Of a stretch of DNA of 64,000 nucleotides, positions 57,738 to 64,000 are shown piece after piece; the stretch's first letter is position 1; each line of letters begins with the position of its first letter. The stretch comes from Clostridia bacterium (lineage in GTDB: Bacteria > Bacillota > Clostridia > DUPQ01). The notes beneath the pieces are model-generated. The model saw only the letters and a program-made list of their open reading frames with translations. It was not told the DNA's origin and did not search any database. The translations under genes and the position numbers were made by a program. The stretch lies in NCBI GenBank assembly GCA_016935835.1, contig JAFGQE010000158.1:2256-66255 (forward strand), read 5' to 3'.

Positions 57738-58775
57738 ATGACTATAATGATTGATGAGATCAACAGCCAGCCAAAGGTGCTGGAGAAGGTTCTGGCAAAA
57801 AGCAGGAAGGGCGTCCGGGATCTTTGCCGCGAAGTAAGGGAGCGGAAAATAGAGCTGATATATATCGCCGCAAGGGGGACTTCGGACCATGCCGCCGTAT
57901 ATGCAAAATACATCCTTGAAATCCATGCCGGGATACCCGTTGCCTTTGCCGCGCCTTCTGTGATAACGGTTTACGGAGGAAAGCCCGGTCTGCAAAATGC
58001 GCTTGTAATCGGGATATCGCAATCCGGAAAAGCCGAGGATGTCCTGGAGGTGCTGAGGCATGCGGGCAGACAGGGTTCGCTTACCGCGGCCATAACAAAT
58101 TATGAAGACAGTCCGATGGCAAAAGAAGCCGCATATCATTTCAGCTGCATGGCGGGCGAAGAGAAGAGCGTGGCCGCGACAAAAACATTTACGGCTCAGA
58201 TGATGATTATGGCGATGATTGCCGCCGGGCTTTCAGGCGGCGGCGAACTCATGGGAGAGCTTGAAACCGTGCCGGCAAAGATAAGCGAGTTTCTTGCTGA
58301 TTTCGGCGTGCCCGACCGCATCGTCAATAAATACAAGGATATGCAGGAGTGCTTTGTATTGGCAAGGGGAACGAACTATTCCATAGCCCTTGAAGGGGCG
58401 CTTAAGATTCAGGAAACCTGTTATGTGCGCGCAAAGGCCTATGCTATGTCGGACTTCTACCATGGTCCCCTGGCATTGCTTGACACAAGCATACCTGTTT
58501 TCCTCATTGCTCCCGGCGGGCTGACGGACGAAGGGAATATGGAAATGGCCGGGGTTCTTTCGGGATATGGAATTGAAACGACGGCGGTAACCAATGATGC
58601 GGGGATAAAGGGTATGGTTTCAGAAACGATATGGGTGCCCCCGGGACTGAGTGATTTCACCTCTCCTTTTGTAACGGCTGCAGCGATGCAGCTTTTCGCC
58701 TGCAAGCTTTCGCTTGCCAAGGGGTTGAATCCGGATAATCCAAGGAACATAAAAAAGGTGACGATAACAAGATGA
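57738..58775 (+). CDS. double-SIS-domain sugar-phosphate isomerase/deaminase (GlmS-C-terminal/AgaS/NagB-II-like)
   Basis: Two SIS domains (AARGTSDHAA..., GISQSGKAED, ...ARGTNYSIALEGALKIQE); 345 aa. Confidence 0.65.
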   Translation: MTIMIDEINSQPKVLEKVLAKSRKGVRDLCREVRERKIELIYIAARGTSDHAAVYAKYILEIHAGIPVAFAAPSVITVYGGKPGLQNALVIGISQSGKAEDVLEVLRHAGRQGSLTAAITNYEDSPMAKEAAYHFSCMAGEEKSVAATKTFTAQMMIMAMIAAGLSGGGELMGELETVPAKISEFLADFGVPDRIVNKYKDMQECFVLARGTNYSIALEGALKIQETCYVRAKAYAMSDFYHGPLALLDTSIPVFLIAPGGLTDEGNMEMAGVLSGYGIETTAVTNDAGIKGMVSETIWVPPGLSDFTSPFVTAAAMQLFACKLSLAKGLNPDNPRNIKKVTITR

Positions 58776-59377
58776 CGGATCATTATTTTACCGGGGAACC
58801 TTCCTCGGAATACATTGAAAATTTCATTGAAAAAGAAATACATGGCAGGAAATTCGGATTTCACACGAGCTCGGGCGTATTTTCAAGGAATACGGTTGAT
58901 TTCGGGACTATGCTTTTGATAGAAACCGTGACCGGGGATATCCCGGCGGCCGCGACAGAGATTCTTGACATGGGTTGCGGCTACGGGCCGATAGGCATTT
59001 CGATTGCCGCTTTCAATGGCATGCGCAGGGTTAAAATGGCGGATATCAACGAACGGGCAATTGAGTTGTCAGATAAGAATATAAAGCACAACAGGATTTC
59101 AAATGCGGTTGCCGTTAAGTCGGACGGCTTCGGAAATATCACCGGGAATTTTGACGTTATTATAACCAATCCCCCGATAAGGGCCGGCAAAAAGACAGTT
59201 TATTCGATTTTTGCGGGTGCCCGCGACCATCTTTCGAAGGATGGCGTCTTTTATTGTGTGATTCAAAAGAAACAGGGTGCTGAAAGCGCGCAGAAAGAAT
59301 TGCAAAGGATATTCGGCAACTGCGAAACAATAAACAGGAAGTCCGGATACAGGATATTCAAATCCACAATGAAATAA
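58772..59377 (+). CDS. class I SAM-dependent methyltransferase (small-domain, RsmC-like)
   Basis: ILDMGCGYGPIG (motif I) and NPPIRAG (NPPxxxG). Confidence 0.7.
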   Translation: MTDHYFTGEPSSEYIENFIEKEIHGRKFGFHTSSGVFSRNTVDFGTMLLIETVTGDIPAAATEILDMGCGYGPIGISIAAFNGMRRVKMADINERAIELSDKNIKHNRISNAVAVKSDGFGNITGNFDVIITNPPIRAGKKTVYSIFAGARDHLSKDGVFYCVIQKKQGAESAQKELQRIFGNCETINRKSGYRIFKSTMK

Positions 59378-59464
59378 CAAAGCAAAGGAGTCCGCGGTTA
59401 AAAAAATTCCCGGCGCGTCTGTCGCGGCGGGTCCTTATGCTATAATGGCTTTGGAGGATTTCGA

Positions 59465-60295
59465 TTGAAAGTATATGCACTTGTAGGCCCGAGCGGAACA
59501 GGGAAAAGCCATAAGGCCAGCATGGTCGCCAGCGATATGGGAATATCGCATATCATCGATGACGGGCTGCTTATCAGCGGCAACAGGGTGGTTGCGGGAA
59601 CAAGCGCCAAGAAGGAACAGACCAAGCTGGCTTCGGTCAGGCACGCCCTTCTTACGGACGATGAGCATAGGAAAGACATTATAAGGGCTATAAAATCAAA
59701 AAAGATAGACAGTATTCTCATTCTGGGCACCAGCGACAAGATGGTCAGGAGCATAGCGGAAAAACTCAACCTTCCCGGAATCGAAAGGACGATATACATA
59801 AACGACATTGCAGACGAGGAAGAGATAAACCTTGCCTTGTCAAACAGGAAGGACAAGGGAAAGCATGTAATTCCCGTACCTACGTTTGAAATCAAGAAGG
59901 ATTTCGGAGGCTACCTTCTCGACCCGCTTTATGTCTTTAGGAAAAAGGGCAGGAACAAGTACATATCCGAAGGTTCCAAGACAATAGTAAGGCCGACGTT
60001 CAGTTACCTTGGAAGCTATACCATATCAAACAACACTCTTTTTCAAATAGCAAGGTACACAGCTGCAAAAGTGGAGGGACTTGAAGCTATTACCAGGTTC
60101 AGGGTCATAAACAGCGACGGGGGCATCAGCATAGAGATGTCGGTCGTTGTGAACTATTATTTTACAATTATCAACACATTGAGGGAAGTCCAGAAAAATG
60201 TGGCCGATATGCTTGAAAAGCTTACGGCGCTGCATCTTGTAAGCCTTGACATTACCGCAAGGCACATAGTCATTGATGGGGAAACCTATCCGTAG
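59465..60295 (+). CDS. P-loop NTPase fused to Asp23/Gls24-like C-terminal domain (hypothetical)
   Basis: TTG start. Walker A GPSGTGKS. The C-terminal roughly 110 aa alternate hydrophobic/charged beta-strand patterns reminiscent of the Asp23 family. Confidence 0.4.
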   Translation: MKVYALVGPSGTGKSHKASMVASDMGISHIIDDGLLISGNRVVAGTSAKKEQTKLASVRHALLTDDEHRKDIIRAIKSKKIDSILILGTSDKMVRSIAEKLNLPGIERTIYINDIADEEEINLALSNRKDKGKHVIPVPTFEIKKDFGGYLLDPLYVFRKKGRNKYISEGSKTIVRPTFSYLGSYTISNNTLFQIARYTAAKVEGLEAITRFRVINSDGGISIEMSVVVNYYFTIINTLREVQKNVADMLEKLTALHLVSLDITARHIVIDGETYP

Positions 60296-60300
60296 GATTT

Positions 60301-61077
60301 CTATTTCAGGTCGTTGTATGACACGAATTTTTCAATCGCCCTTGGAACGGCATCCTTGGAATTTTTCCAGGAGGCATCCTTGTTCCTGTAATCGAACTTT
60401 TGCGCGAACCATTGGATTTCATCGAGTATGCGGGCGAGGTTGGAGGCCATTGTTTCATTCATTTCCATTACGAAAGAGGCGCGCTGGACGGGAGAAAGAT
60501 ATTTTTTTGCCGACTCAAGCAGCAGCTTGTAATGAGGGAGGCAGAAACCCTTTCCGTTCATGACCTTTGCCCGGAAGTCGGCGTCCCTGAAATACATCCA
60601 TAGAATCACATCCGCATATCTGTCCATGATGCGTTCGATCCGGCTGCAAACATCGCATCTTCCGGCCAGTGAACGGTGGAATTCTATCGCCGAGTCTATG
60701 AATTTTGTTCCCGGGGTCGAAGACCCGGATACTCTTCCGGCGAGGTTCTTCATTGAACCCATCTTCAGGTCGCGTTCAAGACCGCCTTTGTTTTTTGCCG
60801 CGATTTTTTCAAATTCAGCCATCTGGTGCTGCATGTGGGTTTCTATGATAAGAGCCACGCCCAGCACATTCTCCCTCTTATTGTAAAGCATGGAGAAATG
60901 CCTCCGGCAGAAACCGTTTTTATTAGTGGAAATCCTGTTTTGTTCTTCCATCAGGGCGGGACTGAGCATGAAGCTTATGGAATCGTTTTCAAGTTTCCTT
61001 TCAAGCTCGCACAACGGGCATTCGCAATCAATCGAAAAAGCGTCGTTTACGGGAATGGTATAGATCTGTTCTTTCAT
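60301..61077 (-). CDS. hypothetical protein with two CxxC pairs
   Basis: CECPLCELE...CDVCSRIE. Start at the internal Met behind a GGGGG RBS. Confidence 0.35.
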   Translation of the reverse strand: MKEQIYTIPVNDAFSIDCECPLCELERKLENDSISFMLSPALMEEQNRISTNKNGFCRRHFSMLYNKRENVLGVALIIETHMQHQMAEFEKIAAKNKGGLERDLKMGSMKNLAGRVSGSSTPGTKFIDSAIEFHRSLAGRCDVCSRIERIMDRYADVILWMYFRDADFRAKVMNGKGFCLPHYKLLLESAKKYLSPVQRASFVMEMNETMASNLARILDEIQWFAQKFDYRNKDASWKNSKDAVPRAIEKFVSYNDLK

Positions 61078-61129
61078 AAAATCCCCCCGGTTTGTAGTAT
61101 TATAATTATAGCACAGCGGGAGGGAACGA

Positions 61130-62029
61130 ATGGAGCTTGCAATCGGCAAAATTGAAAACGGAATTGAAATAAGCGGACTCGTGGATTTTGACCTGCAGTC
61201 GATCCTGGAGTGCGGGCAATGTTTCCGGTGGACCAAAAACAGCCATAATGACTATACCGGAATAGTGGCGGAAAGGATTGCAAGGGCGGTGCAAATGGAA
61301 AACACCCTGCGCCTGTACAATTGCGACCGCCATGATTTTGAGATTTTCTGGCATAATTATTTTGACATGGGGACTGACTACGGGCAAATCAAGAAAAAAC
61401 TTACTTGCGACGACCCGGTCATGAAAAAAGCCGCTGACTATGCGCCCGGAATCAGAATTCTCAGACAGCCCCTTTTCGAAACCCTTGTATCCTTCATTAT
61501 ATCCGCTAACAACAGCATCCCGAACATCATCAGGGTTATATCGGCGCTTTCCTTGATGTATGGGAATAAGATAATCTTCGACGGGCGGGAGTATGGCTCG
61601 TTTCCGGAGCCCTCCGTTCTTGCATCCCGGGAAATATGCGACATCAGGCTGAGCAAGGCGGGATACCGCTGCGACTATATTAAAAAAACGGCGGCCATGT
61701 TCGAGTCGAATCCGATAACTACGGAAGAGCTTTCAAGGCTTGACATAAACGATGCCAGGAAACTGCTCATGGAATTCCCGGGCGTCGGGGCGAAGGTCGC
61801 TGATTGTGTGATTTTGTTTACAGGTGCACACACAGAGGCATTTCCTGTTGATGTCTGGGTCAGGAAAGTCATGCAGGATCTGTATATAGGGAAGGAAACG
61901 CCCATGGGGGAAATCGGGGCTTATGCACAAAATAAGTTCGGGAATCTGGCGGGATACGCCCAGCAATATCTTTTCCACTACATCCGGAATTCAAATAAAA
62001 GGCAGGGCCATATTTTAGCTGCAAAATAA
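61130..62029 (+). CDS. ogg: 8-oxoguanine DNA glycosylase / HhH-GPD family
   Basis: LMEFPGVGAKVADCVILF is an HhH-GPD motif with the catalytic Lys/Asp context; 299 aa. Confidence 0.75.
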   Translation: MELAIGKIENGIEISGLVDFDLQSILECGQCFRWTKNSHNDYTGIVAERIARAVQMENTLRLYNCDRHDFEIFWHNYFDMGTDYGQIKKKLTCDDPVMKKAADYAPGIRILRQPLFETLVSFIISANNSIPNIIRVISALSLMYGNKIIFDGREYGSFPEPSVLASREICDIRLSKAGYRCDYIKKTAAMFESNPITTEELSRLDINDARKLLMEFPGVGAKVADCVILFTGAHTEAFPVDVWVRKVMQDLYIGKETPMGEIGAYAQNKFGNLAGYAQQYLFHYIRNSNKRQGHILAAK

Positions 62030-62079
62030 AGGCGAAACGGAACAAGCGGGGGCCAACGAACGGCAAAAGCCGCGCGAGG

Positions 62080-62374
62080 TTGAAATTTATTCATTACAGG
62101 AATATAATTGACATGAACTTAATAGAGTATCAGATTCCTGAAATGTGCGGCATGCCCTGCATTTTGAACCTACATTAGACATATGGGAGTCCGCCGGTCC
62201 GGAACCGTAGTTCAGGCCTTTCACAAAATCCGTCGCCTGCCACCAGGCAGGCGCAACGGCTGAGGAAGAATGAAAATTCCGGCAGGGCACCCACCTAGCA
62301 ACAGCTAGGAGTCAAAAACGGGGAACCGGCATTTCGGGAATTATATATACGCGCGGCTTCGGGCGTGTTTTTTT
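62080..62374 (+). ncRNA. candidate roughly 260-nt small RNA with own promoter and terminator (identity unknown)
   Basis: TTGAAA-17-TATAAT promoter (62080..62108). Perfect 8-bp hairpin CGCCTGCC-acca-GGCAGGCG and CTAGC-aaca-GCTAG hairpin. GC-stem plus T7 terminator (62349..62374). A separate TTGTAA-17-TATAAT promoter for serA follows. Confidence 0.3.
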
Positions 62375-62566
62375 ATTGTTGGGTAACATTCGGGAAATAT
62401 ATCTGCCGGCATCAGGTTGTAAGCGGCGTTTGTTTACAATATAATGAGTCCATGGATGCTTCGCATCAAAGCCGGTCGTATTATCACTGCGGAGGGTCCA
62501 AATTAAGAAGCCTCCGGAACCAACCGCTTGCGATTGGCGCCGGCGCACAGGAGCAAGGGAAGTTTT

Positions 62567-63490
62567 ATGAAGATTCTGGTGACGGATGGAATATCCGGGA
62601 CGGCCGCGGACCAGCTCAGGGAGCTGGGACATGAGGTCGTCGAAAAATACATGGACATTGAAGAACTGAAGGAAGCGGTAAAGGGGTTTGACGCCATAAT
62701 AATCAGGAGCGCAACGAAAATCCGCAGGGAGACAATTGATTCCGCCGCAGAAACGGGAAGGCTAAGGCTTGCGATAAGGGCCGGGGTGGGAACCGACAAC
62801 ATAGACGCGGAATATGCGGAGGAAAAGGGAATCGCTGTCAGGAATACTCCTAGGGCCAGCAGCGATGCGGTCGCGGAACTCGCCATAGCCCACATGCTCT
62901 GCGCTGCCAGGTTCATAGGTGCGGCCAATGCAACGATGAGGGCCGGAAAGTGGAACAAGAACAGCTATATGGGAACCGAGCTTTCCGGAAAAAGGCTGGG
63001 GTTGATCGGATTCGGAAGAATTGCCCGTGAAACCGCAAGAAAGGCCAGGGCCCTGGGCATGAAGATATATTATAGCAACAGAGCCGGGGACAAGAATTAT
63101 TCGGACTATAAATGGCTTCCCATGGAGGATTTGCTTAGGAAAGTGGATTTTGTCTCGGTGCACACTCCCTTCGACAAAGAACGGGGCGCCCTTATAGGCG
63201 AAAAGGAAATAGGCATGATGAAGGATGGGGTTTACATTGTCAACACGGCCAGGGGCGGGGTCGTCGATGAAAAGGCGCTTCTGGACGCCCTGAACTCGGG
63301 AAAAGTCGCAGGAGCCGGGATCGATGTATTTGAGGAAGAACCCACTGCAAACATGGAATTGATAAACCATGAAAGAGTGAGCGCGACCCCGCACATCGGT
63401 GCTTCGACCAGGGAGGCCCAGTCAAGGATAGGAATAGAGATTGTAAATATAATTAAAAACTGGGAGGGAAAAGATGAACAGGGTTTATAA
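62567..63490 (+). CDS. serA: D-3-phosphoglycerate dehydrogenase / D-isomer 2-hydroxyacid dehydrogenase
   Basis: MKILVTD N-terminus, GxGxxG NAD-binding fold (GLIGFGRIAR) and conserved RGG/His catalytic context. Sits upstream of serC. Confidence 0.7.
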   Translation: MKILVTDGISGTAADQLRELGHEVVEKYMDIEELKEAVKGFDAIIIRSATKIRRETIDSAAETGRLRLAIRAGVGTDNIDAEYAEEKGIAVRNTPRASSDAVAELAIAHMLCAARFIGAANATMRAGKWNKNSYMGTELSGKRLGLIGFGRIARETARKARALGMKIYYSNRAGDKNYSDYKWLPMEDLLRKVDFVSVHTPFDKERGALIGEKEIGMMKDGVYIVNTARGGVVDEKALLDALNSGKVAGAGIDVFEEEPTANMELINHERVSATPHIGASTREAQSRIGIEIVNIIKNWEGKDEQGL

Positions 63491-64000
63491 TTTTTCAGCC
63501 GGGCCGTCGGTGATGCCGGAGAGCGTCCTGGAAAAGGCGCGGGATGAAATGCTTGATTACGGCGGCAGCGGAATGTCCGTCATGGAGATGAGCCACAGGT
63601 CGGCGGTGTATCAGGACATTATAAACAGGGCGGAAGCCTCGTTGCGCGAGATAATGGGCATACCGGACAACTACAAAGTGCTGTTCCTGCAAGGAGGAGC
63701 CAGCCTGCAGTTCGCAATGGTCCCGATGAACCTGATGAAAAACGGGAAATGCGATATAGTTCATACAGGAGCGTGGACCAAAAGGGCTATCGCCGAGGCA
63801 AAAAAATTCGGCGAGGTGAATGTGGTTGCGTCTAGCGAGGACGAGAACTTCTGCTACATACCTAAGCTTGACAAAACAAAGTTTTCAAAAGATGCGGATT
63901 ACTTTTATATAACGACGAACAACACGATATACGGAACAAGATATACGGAACTTCCCGATACCGGCGACGTAACGCTCGTCGCCGACATGTCGTCCAACAT
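63474..64000 (+). CDS. serC: phosphoserine aminotransferase (5' portion; runs off window end; not in ORF track)
   Basis: Translated manually. MNRVYNFSAGPSVMPESVLEKA...YGGSGMSVMEMSHRS is a SerC signature. GGGAGGG RBS, and no stop before nt 64000. Confidence 0.8.
   Translation, partial: MNRVYNFSAGPSVMPESVLEKARDEMLDYGGSGMSVMEMSHRSAVYQDIINRAEASLREIMGIPDNYKVLFLQGGASLQFAMVPMNLMKNGKCDIVHTGAWTKRAIAEAKKFGEVNVVASSEDENFCYIPKLDKTKFSKDADYFYITTNNTIYGTRYTELPDTGDVTLVADMSSN

Noticed and set aside
62115-62374. Assignment of the candidate RNA to T-box, TPP riboswitch, SRP RNA, 6S, tmRNA or RNase P
   Set aside because: No T-box sequence, no CUGAGA/ACCUGAUC order for TPP, no SRP helix-8 motif, and no tRNA-like ends could be found by eye, so it is left unclassified.

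Overview
This 64 kb window looks like the chromosome of an anaerobic, fermentative, glycan-degrading bacterium (GC roughly 48%), inferred from gene content only. It contains no rRNA or tRNA genes, no CRISPR arrays and no obvious mobile elements.

Genes in window order:
- a 3' fragment of a YcaQ/AlkZ-like winged-helix protein, open to the left window edge
- a polyphosphate pair (ppk1, ppx/gppA-HD) and a divergent uridine kinase
- an SLH-domain surface protein
- a glycerol-1-phosphate dehydrogenase-like gene followed by an AsnB-like PP-loop ATPase
- glutaredoxin, oligogalacturonide-lyase-like and GH78-like genes
- a type IV pilus module: pilT, pilC, a class-III-signal pilin, a PilX-like protein and two small unknowns
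- a sulfatase island: two Cys-type sulfatases plus the anaerobic sulfatase-maturating radical SAM enzyme, with a third sulfatase further on
- an Mrp-type cation/H+ antiporter in Mbh-like gene order (E, F, G, DUF4040, B, C, D) with a tandem-duplicated MrpD
- pfk
- two independent [FeFe] electron-bifurcating hydrogenase operons: one NuoE-NuoF-HydA trimer on the minus strand and one HndABCD tetramer on the plus strand, each with a Clostridia-type Rex-like palindrome upstream
- a ykkC-family riboswitch-like leader in front of an ABC-2 exporter
- a large MORN-repeat lipoprotein and a nucleoside deaminase
- pirin
- a flavodoxin-like protein
- GH38 alpha-mannosidase
- URO-D-like, ferredoxin, SIS-domain and methyltransferase genes
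- a P-loop/Asp23 fusion protein
- ogg
- a roughly 260-nt candidate small RNA with its own promoter and terminator
- serA, and serC running off the right edge

The most unusual locus is a five-gene respiratory-type cluster: RnfD/NqrB, RnfG/NqrC, RnfE/NqrD, RnfA/NqrE and a bona fide NqrF-like NADH-oxidising subunit. It has no NqrA, RnfC or RnfB. That makes it a minimal Nqr lacking NqrA, or an Rnf/Nqr hybrid.

A second notable point: the HydA of the trimeric hydrogenase carries TSCSP instead of the canonical TSCCP H-cluster motif.
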